From Halocafeteria seosinensis (lineage: Eukaryota), in NCBI GenBank assembly GCA_001687465.1, contig LVLI01000007.1:62001-126000 (forward strand): DNA of 64,000 bases. The letters are read 5' to 3'. Both the position numbers and the translations under genes were made by a program. Under the pieces are notes generated by a model. It did not search any database, was not told where the DNA came from, and saw only the letters and a program-made list of their open reading frames with translations. This document shows, in pieces, positions 34,541-46,500 of the stretch (its first letter is position 1; each line of letters opens with the position of its first letter).

Positions 34541-37500
34541 ATGCCGGGTGGCGACAACACGGATACTAATGGGGAGCAGCGCGCGTCGGACAAACGCCAT
34601 GAATGGCTGTATAACCGTGTTCAAACGGTCTTTAAGCACGTCAAACAGGACAAGTTTAATAAAGCGTGGAAAGAGCCCGAAACCGTTGATCGCATTGAAG
34701 ATTTCTTGAACAACCCAGAGAGCCGTCTGTTGCTCGTGTATTCGGACAACATCACGGTAGCGTCTGAATTCCCCAAAAAATTCCCCAAGGGCAAAGTTGT
34801 GTACTTCTTGAAGTCCAACCCAGTCACAGTGCCCAATGAAGACCCTGGTTCGGTTGTCTCGTTCAATGATTTGAGTCAAGAACCACTAGAGCACTTAGAG
34901 AAAGTGCTCTCAGAGGTCTACATCCCCCTGCTGTCGAACCCTCGGAATCAGGTAGGATGGGGTGAAGTTACCTCCAAGGAAGTGGTGGATAAGCTCCACT
35001 CTTTCTTAGCAAACGTAAGTATTACGGTGGGGAATACCAAGGGCGAGACATGCCTTCCCCTGCCGCCAGTGGATACCGAAATGAATGAAGAGGGAGAGCA
35101 GCCGCGCCATGATACCCCTGGATCGTTCCTGAGCATCAAGGATCGTATCCATCTCCTCGAAGGTGCTGTGATCACGTGGACGAAACAAATTAAAAATGTC
35201 CTCAAACAGGACCCCGAATCGCTGCTCAAACAGGGAAAGCATCCTCCACCGGAAGTTGAGATTGAATTTTGGAAGACGAAGGCAGGGAACCTCAACGCTA
35301 TTTTTGATCAGCTCCAAAGTGAACGCGTAAGGAAGGTCTTGCAGTTCTTAGATCAAGCCAGATCCACGTACTGTACACCCTTTGCAAAATTGTGCCGAGA
35401 AGTGTTTGCCGCTCGTGAGGAAGCTAATGACAATGTCAAATATCTGCGCACGTTGGAAGGATGGTTTCAAAAACTAAGTGGGAGCAGCGATTTCGAAGAA
35501 TTGCATAAGCTGTTCAAGCCTATCATGCACATTCTGCTGTTGATTTGGAAGAATAGCCGGTACTACAACACTCCCGCTCGTCTGGTGGTAGTGATCCGAG
35601 AAATCTGCAATGCAATTGTCTCTCAGGCCTTCGGCTTTGTCAATGGCAAGTTGATATTTGAATACATTGATGAAGAAGAACCACAGGCAGCAGTCAAAAG
35701 GTTGAAAACAACATTGAAGATCTGTAGTGCTTTCAAAAGCGTTTACGCTGAGTACAAATCTACGGCGAACGCAGAGTGCCCTTCCAACCCCTGGCGCATT
35801 CAGAACAGCGCACTGTTTTTGCGCCTTGATGCTTTCATCGAACGTTGTTACGACGTGTTGGAAATGACTGATATAATCGTGAAGTTCAATAAACTACAGC
35901 GCATTGAAATTGGTGGCACGAAAGGTAAAACACTCACGCACACGGTCCAGCAAATTTACCAAGATTTCCAACAAGCAGTCGCCGATTTCAGAAAAGTCCC
36001 ATATGACATCATGGATGTTGAACAAAAGGCCTTTGATACTGACTTCTACAAGTTTCGGCAATCCGTGAAGGAGTTAGAGCGTCGCTTAGGCTCTGTTCTC
36101 ACCCGGGGGTTTGACGATCAGTCTACAATTAGCGCCCGATTCAAGCTACTGGAATCATTTGATACACTTCTCGAAAGGCCTATAATTCAAGACGAGTTAG
36201 AACGCAAGCATATTTCTCTTGTTCAGGCCTACGGGGAAGATCTCAAGAAAGTGCAAGAGATATTCCTTACCGAACGTGACAATCCACCTATTGGCTGGAA
36301 CCTACCTCCCATTGCTGGTGCTTTGACCTGGTGCCGAGGACTAAAGGAGAGAATCATGGAACCGATGAGGAAGCTCCGTGATTTGAATAAATCTGTAATG
36401 GAGCGCGAAGAAAGCAAAGAAGTGATTAATTTGTACACGACGCTTATGAACAGCCTGGGAGACTACGAGCATGCCAGGATAGAGGAGTGGGGTGCAGATC
36501 TGGAGAAGAACAGTGAAGCAAAGCTGAAACTGAACTTGCTTGTTAGGGGTGTCGGAGGCCCGCACGTCACCTCCACTGGTGACCCAGACGTCGATGCTTC
36601 TCTTCTTCAAGTAAACTTTGACCCTGCACTTGTCAGGCTCCTACGTGAAGTGAAATATTTCTTACTAATGGGGCTGGAAGTTCCTGCCACTGCGTTAACA
36701 ATTTATCAAAAATCGACGACGTACCGAAAGTATACAACCAGCTTGGAAATGATGACGAACATGTATAATCAAATGATGATTGAGTTGCTGCCAGTGGAGG
36801 CCCCTCTTATGCGACCACAACTGAGTAAAATCGACAACAGCCTCAAAGCTGGATTGGAGCAGATCAATTGGATGTCTGGTAACTCCATTGATAACTTCAT
36901 CAACGATACCTCATCCTTAGTGAAGAGCGCGCACGCGACTCTCTTTCATCTAAAGCAAAATCTCGATGAGATATCGGATGTTTTGGAGAAGTGGAGCTCT
37001 CAACCTTTACTAGAAAGGAAGCCCAAGCCCATGACACCGGACGAGTTTGACAACATGTACAAAACGCTGAAATCTTCGAAGTTCACTCAAATTAAACAGG
37101 GTGGGGTAGAAATAGAGAAGAAACTAAAAGATAGTCATGCAACAATGGGTATCAACAAATCTCACCCGAATTGGTTGGCGTACACCGATTTCGTGAACGG
37201 CGTAGTTGTACAAGGGCTCTCTAAAATGGTCTGTACGTCGCTGGAATATCTAGCCGATCAGGTTGATGCGGAGCAAATACAGAAGCAGGGACGGCAGCCG
37301 ATGCTAATAGTCGAGTTGACACTCCAGCACTCAGGCATTAAGTTCGTTCCTTCTATTGAAGAAGAAGATGAGGAGGAGGAAGAAGAAGAGAATGAAGAAC
37401 AAGAAACTGAGGGAGATGAGACAGAGGAAGGCGAAGGTGGCTCTAAGAGCAGTATCTATGCAATTGTCGGAGAATGGATCGATTCTTTCTACCAAGCTGT

Positions 37501-40500
37501 AGCACAGCTCAAACGACTAGATGATCCTGACGGACGCTATGTGAAAGAGGTGCAAGGGGATCTGAATATTCAGATGCTTCTTGCGCGTGTGTACGGTCAC
37601 CTTGAGGAAACAGAGGAGTCATGCAAAGAGCATCAGTCCTACTTTGAGAAATATTCTTGGCTGTGGGAGAAGGAAGTTGACGATGAGTTCGAAAAATTCA
37701 AGAATGAAGCGTTTTTAGAAATGGATCCTCGCGAGCGTGTAGAAGAGGCCGAAGAGGATGAGGAAGAAGGAGGTAGCCACGATGACAAAGAAAACGAAGT
37801 GGAAGTTGAGATGTTGCGGATACCGGACTTAGAGAAGTTTGATGAGGAAATTAAGAAGTTTGAAAACATACAGGAAGAAATAAGCAACATGTCCAGTGCA
37901 ACTAACATTGGCTGGCTTCGCGTAAACAATGATCCCGCCAAAATAGCTATAGGCCGGGTCGCCAACAAGTGGACGTCGAAATTCACTGGATACCTGGAGC
38001 ATTTTGTTACTGATGAACTGGAGGATCTCATCAAGTTCATGGATACCGTTAATGAAGGTATCCAGAAAGAAGTTAGTGATAAAGATGAAAGTAAGGAAAA
38101 CTTACGATCCGTGATGGCCATCATTCGGGACGTCAAAGCATGTCAGGACCGCCGAAAGGCATTGTTCACTCCGTTGAAGAAGACTGTGGAGCTCTTGAAG
38201 CACCATGGTTCCCACGTTGACGACCTCAAAGTCTCACAAGGTAAGGCTGTTGAGTTCCTGGAATCCGCACCTCTCAAGTGGAAGGACACCGTAACGAGGA
38301 CGTTCAGCAAACGCGAGGAGATATTTCCCTTGCAAACAGCCGAAAGCGAAGTCATTAAGAACCAGGCGGAGGAAGTATTTGTGGCGATGCGCTCTTTCCG
38401 CAACGATTTCCGTAAGAACGCACCTTTCGCGTTTTCGGGGCCAGCGGATGACGCGTATGCGTTGCTGGATAAATACTGGGCCCAGCTACAAGATATGGAG
38501 CAAAAAGCAGAGGAGCTGAATGAACAGGAGTCGCTTTTTGAGCTTCCTATGAGCAAGTTCCAGGAAACAGCAGACACTCGTAATGAGATAAAACTGTTGA
38601 AACAACTGTGGGACCTCAAGGGACTGGTTTTATCTACGTACGAGGACTGGAAACAGACGCTTTGGTCCGATATCGACACCGACGAACTAGAAGATCAGAA
38701 TAAGAAACTGAGAGACTACGTGAAGAAGTTTGGTGATTCACAGCAAATTGTTAAGGGTTGGTCTGTATTCCGGGATATCGAAACCGAAGTAAAGGATATG
38801 GCTGTTGCATTGCCTTTAGTGAATCAATTGCACTCGCCGGCAATGCGCGAACGACATTGGGCTAGGTTGGCGCAAGTGTGTAATGTGAAGGACTTGGATC
38901 CCACGGATCCCAACTTCAACCTGCAATCGCTTCTTGACCTCGAGCTACACCGACATGAACTTGACGTTACGGATGTTGTCGACACAGCCGAAAGAGATTT
39001 GAAGATCGAGCAAAAATTGAATGTCATCAGTGACGCGTGGAAGGAGTTTACTCTCGATTTCGTACCCCACAAAGACACTGAGACTTACGTGATTAAAGTG
39101 TCTGACGAAGTTATGGAGGCATTGGAAACACATCAGATGGAGCTTCAATCCCTGCAGGGCTCGGAACATTTCCAAGCCGACGTCGATGACTGGCAGGCGA
39201 AGCTTGGTCTTGTAGAAGAAGTTTTGCGAGAGTGGATGAACGTGACGAAGCAATGGGCTAACTTGGAAGTCGTCTTTTTGACCTCGGAAGATATCAAAGA
39301 GTCTCTGCCTGAAGACACGAAGCGGTTTGACCAAATAAACAAAGATTTTGAGGAGTTAATGAAATCTGCAGTGGAAACACCTAATGTGGTAGAATCATGT
39401 ACCAAAGAGGGGCGAAAGGATTCACTGAAGCAAATGAATGAGATGCTAGACTTGTGCCAGAAGAGCCTCAATGAGTACTTGGATATGAAGAAGAAGAAAT
39501 TTCCGCGGTTTTATTTCGTTTCGAATGTTGATTTGCTGGATATTTTGTCCAATGGTAATAATCCTCCACGCATTACGAAGCACCTAGCGTCATGCTACGA
39601 TGCTTTAAGCTCTCTTGAGTTCAAGGAACCGGAGGAAGAAGGTCAAGTGCAAAATACTGCCATTTCGATGACGGCTAGTGACGGAGAAGTTGTTGAGTTC
39701 GCTACGCCGTTTGTCGCTAAAGGGCCTGTTGAGGATTGGTTGAACGATTTAACCAAGAAAATGCAGGACTCTTTGCGCGACGAAGCAGAGAAAGCTGTTG
39801 AAACAGCGGTCAATTGGGAAGTCGAGACACCTCGACACATCTGGGTTGAGCATTACCCTGCGCAAATTTCGTTGGTTGGCACCCAGATCTTCTGGACAGA
39901 AGAAACCCATCGCGCTTTGGAGGAGTTTGAAGCAGGTACCGAAGATGCTGTCAAAAAGTATTACCAGGTGTGTAATGAGAGGCTTAATGCTTTGATTGGC
40001 CGTGTCATTGGGTACTTACCGAAGGACCTTCGGACGAAGATAATTGCGCTGATCACTTTGGACGTCCATGCTCGCGACGTCATTCAGAAACTAATTGATG
40101 AAAAGGCTGAAGGTCCAGGTAGTTTCCTGTGGGCACAACAACTCCGATTCTCTTGGGAACCTTACAATCGGGATATCAACATTGCCATAACAGATTTCAA
40201 AACCAAATATGCTTACGAATGGATAGGCAATGCACCTCGCCTTGTGATCACACCGCTGACAGATAGATGCTACATCACATTGACCATGGCATTGAGACTT
40301 ATGCTAGGAGGAGCTCCAGCCGGGCCTGCCGGTACAGGCAAAACCGAGACCACGAAGGACTTGGCCCGTGCGCTTGCGTTGCCGTGTTATGTATTCAATT
40401 GCTCAGACCAAATGACATACCAAACCATCGCGAACATATTCAAAGGCCTTGCGCAGTGTGGTGCCTGGGGTTGCTTTGATGAGTTCAATCGTATCTCCAT

Positions 40501-43500
40501 TGAGGTCCTTTCGGTGGTGGCAACTCAGGTCTACTCTGTCCTTTCAGCCGTCAAGCAGTTTAGCAACCCCCTCAACCGGGAAGAAGAATACCAGCATCTT
40601 CCGGCTGGTACGCCTCCTAGTGTTGTGGGTCAATTTGAACTCCAAGGCGATACTGTGAAATTAATTCCGACTGTTGGTCTGTTCATTACCATGAATCCTG
40701 GTTATGCTGGTCGAACAGAACTGCCTGAAAATTTGAAAGCTTTGTTCCGCAGTTGTGCCATGATAAGACCGGATCTAGCGCTGATATGCGAAAACATGCT
40801 TATGTCGGAAGGGTTCCAGAACGCTCGTCCTTTAAGCGTTAAATTCGTTACGCTGTATCAGCTGGCGTCTGAGTTGCTGGCTCCACATCCGCACTACGAC
40901 TGGGGTCTTCGTGCTGTGAAATCCGTTCTTATTGTCGCCGGTGCCCTGAAGCGCGCTGAACCAGAGACTGTGGAGGATGCTATCCTGATGAGGGCTCTGC
41001 GAGATTTTAATACTCCGAAAATGACCAATGCAGATATCCCGATTTTCTTGCGCCTGATCCAAGATCTGTTTCCTCAACACCATAATTTGCCACCGAAGTT
41101 CGATACCAATGTGGAGCAAGGTGCTACCGAGGCGTGTAAAGAATTCGACCCGCCGCTCCAATACGATCGAATTTTCATCAATAAAGTTGTTCAGTTTCAG
41201 GAATTACTTGATGTGCGGCATTCCGTAATGATTTTGGGTCCCGGTGGTTGCGGCAAGACGTCCATTTGGAAAACCCTTGCTGCTCATCATAACCGTGGCG
41301 GCGGTGGAGAAAGACCCCCTCCGAATCGACTGCCGTTACGATACGACGTAGTGAATCCTAAAGCCTTAACGAGTGATGAGCTCTATGGCTATATGACGTT
41401 GAGCAACGATTGGAAGGACGGTGTTATTTCCATTATTATGAGAGGTATGAGTAAGAATGATCGGGAGCTCGGGTATCATGACTATCAGGTGTGGAAATGG
41501 GTAGTCCTGGACGATGATATTGATGCTGAGTGGATTGAGAGTATGAACACTGTCATGGACGATAACAAGGTCTTGACACTCGTATCAAATGAACGAATTC
41601 CTCTGACTGACCCTATGAGAATGGTTTTCGAGATAAACTCACTGAAGAATGCCACACCAGCTACTGTCAGCCGTGCTGGTATACTCTATGTCAATGACAC
41701 CGATGTAGGTTGGCGTCCATTCGTTGAGAGCTGGATTTCGCGACGAAAGAGTGACTCCGAAAAAGCACACTTGCCAGGAATGTTTGATAAATACATTGAG
41801 GAACTGCTTGAGCGGTTGAGGAAGAATTTCAAGCAAGCAGTCCCGTTGCCGCCAATTAACCAAGTCATGTCGGTCTGTCGTCTTCTCGAGGGCATGCTGC
41901 CGTCATTGCCTGAGGCCCCCAATGCTGAGCAAGTGGAACATGTATTCGTGATGGCTCTCGTTTGGGCTTTCGGAGGTCCCCTGGTGGTTGAGAAGGGTGA
42001 AGGGCAGGACTACCGTCGCAATTTCCACGAAGTCCTGGCAGATCTAGCTGGTAGCGTTGTTAAATTCCCGAAGGAAATTCCCGGTAACGATAAACCAACT
42101 TGCTTTGAATTCTACTACCAACCTTCTGAGAGCAACGCCAAAGGCAGTGTGGGAGAACTCCTACCCTGGGCTGACAAAGTTGAAAAGTATGTCCCTGTTC
42201 CTATCGGGACTGGTCCAGGTCAAACACCGTTCCAGAAGTTGAACGTGCCAACCGTCGATACTGTGCGTATGACTGGCATCTTAGACTTACTTGTGAAAAA
42301 AGGCCATCATGTTATGTTCGTCGGAAACGCCGGTACGGGGAAGACATCCCTTGTAAAGAACTATTTGAACAGTCTGGATAGTGACCATATGTTGAACTAC
42401 TCAATCACGATGAACTATTACACGGATTCAAAGGCCTTCCAAGTACAAATTGATGATGCTGTGGACAAGAGGAGCGGACGGATATATGGGCCGCCGGCTG
42501 GAAAGAAAATGGTTTTCTTTGTGGACGACCTGAATCTTCCATATATAGAGAAGTACGGGACTCAGAATGCTCTGTCTCTCTTCCGGCAAATCATCGACCA
42601 CAAATCCTACTATGATCGTGTCGATGTAGGTTTCCGGAAAGACCTTGTTGACTGTCAATACATTGCTGCGATGAATCCGACATCTGGGAGCTTCACGATA
42701 ACGGAACGACTGCAGCGGTATTTTACAACAATTGCATGCCTGATGCCAAGTGATAGCGATCTAGAGCTGATCTACGGCTCCATTCTCCAAGGTCACCTGG
42801 CCAACTTTTCGGAAGAGGTCCAGCAGCTCGGTCCCACGATTACCCAAGCAAGCATCAAACTGCATGAAGAGGTTTCAAGAAAATTTTTGCCTAGCGCTAT
42901 TACTTTTGTCTATAACTGGAACATGCGAGAATTGTCTAACGTTTACCAAGGGCTTACTTTAGCCCGCTCCGAGTTCTATCCGAAAGGAATGACGTACTTG
43001 CGTTTATGGGCCCATGAGTGTTACCGCGTATTCGCTGACCGAATGGTGTCAGTAGAGGACCAAGAGAAATTTCACGAAGTTTTGAAGGGTATCACTGACA
43101 AGCATTTCAAAGAGTACAAGGCTGATGAGCTGTATGAAGAGCCGCTTATGTTCACTAACTTTGCGGCCCAGCCCTCCGGTGGGTCGGATCCTACGTACCT
43201 CCCCTTGCCCCCTGGAGAAAAAGGAATGGAAATTCTATCTAACACATTGCAACAGAAACTTATCGAGCACAACGAAGGTAAGATGGTCATGAATCTGGTC
43301 CTGTTTGAACAGGCCATGGAGCATGTATGTCGGATTGTTAGAATCATCAGTAATCCCGGTGGCCACGCTATGCTCGTTGGTGTTGGTGGATCAGGAAAAC
43401 AAAGTCTCAGTCGGCTTGCGGCGTTCATTTGTGGTTATGAAACGGTACAACTTGCTATCACTAGCAAGTTCACCGTTACGGATTTTAAGGAGAGTTTACA

Positions 43501-46500
43501 GGGTATGTTCAAGACTGCCGGTCAAAAGGGGCAAGGTGTGGTATTCCTAATGACCGACTCGCAAATTGTGAATGATGAGTTCCTGGTGTATATCAACGAC
43601 ATACTTAGCAGCGGCTGGGTAACTGATCTTTTTGAACGAGAGGACCTCGAAAGCATTTTTGCTTCTCTGAAGAATGAAGCCAAGGCTGTTGGGATATCCC
43701 CGGATCAGCAGGATCAGATGATGGACTTCTTGATTGAGAGAGTAAAACAGAACCTTCACATTGTACTGTGTTTCTCTCCTGTCGGTTCAACGTTTCGCAT
43801 CCGGGCGAGGAGATTTCCTGGGCTTATTAACTGTACCTCTAACGACCGCTTCCATGCGTGGCCACGAGAGGCGCTTGTTTCCGTTGCCAGCAGTAACATT
43901 GAAGAGCTAGAGGTGTTCCCCTCTGAAGAAGTTAAAACGCAAGTTGCAGAGCATATGGCGTCGGCACATGTATCCGTGTCTGAAGTTTCGGAACAGTTTA
44001 GAGCCAAGTTTAACCGGAATGTATACGTGACTCCGAAGAGCTTCTTGGAGCTTATAGGATTCTACAAGCATCTTCTAAGAGTAAAAATGGACGAAAGCCA
44101 GGCTAACGTTACTCGCCTCGATGAGGGTTTGGCCAAACTTCGACAGACACAGCAGGATGTAGCTGAACTACAAACGGACCTTAGCCATACAATGGAAAAA
44201 GTGCAAGAAAAAGTATCCGCGACTGAAAAGCTCTTAGAGGAGATCAAGGAGCAACGAAGTGAAGCCGAAGAGCAGGAGGCTTCTGCGAAGGAAGTGGCCG
44301 ACAGAGCTGCTGAAGCGAAGGCTGAAGCTGAAAAATTGCAAGCGAACGCTGACCAAGAATTAGCTGAGGCAATGCCTATGATGGAAAAGGCCCAAGCGGC
44401 TTTGGATAGCATTGACAAGAGTGCCCTGACTCAGTTGAAGTCGTACTCTAATCCACCGAAAGCGGTGTTGAAAGTGACTGACTGTTGTCTCATGATGCTT
44501 GAAAAAGAATTTAAAAACCTGAAATGGGATAAGGCGAAGCGGATGATGAACAACGTAACAGAATTCGTCCAGCGCTGCAAGGATTTTGCTAACAACGATG
44601 CAAAGACGATGTCCGACGAGCTTGTTAATGCATTGAAGCCTTACATCGATGATGAAGATTTCACCGTGGAAAGCATGTCGAAGGTTTCGGAAGCTGCTGG
44701 CTCCCTGACACTGTTTGTTCGAGCTGTTTACAACTTTAACCGCGTGTGGGTCACTGTCAAGCCGCTCATGGACGGGCTTGAGGAAGCAAAGGAGAAGAAA
44801 GAAGCTGCTGTCGCAGAGAAAGAACAAGCTGACAAGGAAGTTGCTGAAGTCCGAGCTAAGGTGCAGGCATTAGAGGACAAGCTGAGCGACGCCGAGTCTG
44901 AAAAGAAGGCCGTGGAAGATGAAGCCGAGCATTGTCAGAACCGGCTGCAATTGGCCGAAAGACTTGTCAACGGATTGTCCTCAGAGAATAAGCGATGGGG
45001 TGAGGAAGTTGAACGGCTGAAGACGAACGAGTTGAGGCTCATTGGTAACGTTCTGCTTGCAGCTGCTTTTGTAAGCTATGCTGGTGGTTTCGATCATGAG
45101 TTCCGTAGCAAACTATGGGAGCACACGTGGATGCCTGATTTGAAAGAAAGGGAGATTCCACTTAGTGAAGATGCTGATCCTCTTTCTATTTTGGTCACTG
45201 AAGCGAAGATCGCTTCAATGCAGAATGAAGGACTTCCCGCGGACAGGATCAGTACCGAAAATGGCGCCATAATTGTTTCTAGTCAACGATGGCCGTTAAT
45301 GATTGACCCTCAGTTACAGGGTGTCAAGTGGCTGAGGAGACGTTTCAAAGTAGGTGAAGAAGGTTCGCAATGCATTGTAGTGCAGCTCACGCAAAACCAG
45401 TGGCAGCGAAAGATTAGCATGGCTTTGTCCAATGGGAATACGGTCATCATTGAGAACTGCAGTGAAGAAATTGATGCGACTTTAGACCCCGTTCTCTCCC
45501 GCTCTGTTGTACAGCGTGGTAGGAACTATTACGTTAACTTCTCAGGAGAAGATGTCGAGTACAATTCTAGCTTCCAGATGTTCCTTCAAACTAAACTTAG
45601 TAATCCTCATTTCAAACCCGAACTTCAGGCTCAATGCTCCCTGATCAATTTTATTGCGACCGAAGTAGGTTTGCAGGACCAGCTCTTGGCTCGTGTTGTT
45701 AACGAAGAGAAGTCTGAACTCGAGGAAAAGAAGCAGAAGTTACAAGAAGCATTTAATTCTTACAAAATGCAGTTGATTGAACTAGAAGATGACCTACTAA
45801 ACCGGTTAGCTAACGCTCCTGATGATATTCTTTCTGATGTGGCATTGATTGAAGGTTTAGAAGCTACAAAGAAAGCAGCGGTCGAAATTGAAAATGCTGT
45901 GGAAAAGGGTAAAGAAACAGAAAAAGAGATTAACGCAGCGCGGCAAGTCTACGTTCCTGTTGCGGAAGAAGGGGCTATGTTGTACTTCATGATCACGCAG
46001 CTGAACAACATTGACCACATGTACCAGTATTCCCTGGACAGTTTTGTGCTTTACTTCTACAAAGCCATTCGCGAGGCACCCAAATCCAACGAAACTAGCA
46101 AACGTGTGACAAGTCTCAGGGATACCCTGCGTCTGACTATTTATACTTGGGTTGTCCGGGGACTGTTTGAAAAGCACAAGCTGATTTTAACAGCGCAGTT
46201 GACCTTCCAGCTGATGCAACGGAAGAAGCTCAATATAGACTTCGAGTTCCGGCACAACATGTTTCAATTCCTCTTGTTCAGTGGGAAGAAGGCAGACGAA
46301 CCTAAGCCTGCGAGTCTCGACTGGCTTCCAGAGCCTGCCTGGCATTCGCTTCAAGCGCTTGCATCACTAGAAGATGCAGGTTTTGAGCGTCTGCCAGCGG
46401 ACTTGGATGAAGCTCCAGCTCGTTTCAATGAGTGGTTTAACCACACTACCCCAGAAACGGAGAAACTTCCTTTAGATTGGGCTTCGTTGGAGAAGGAACC

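Noticed and set aside
45410..45423. AAGATTAGCATGGC match to U6 snRNA core
   Set aside because: Lies within dynein coding sequence and the flanks do not match U6.
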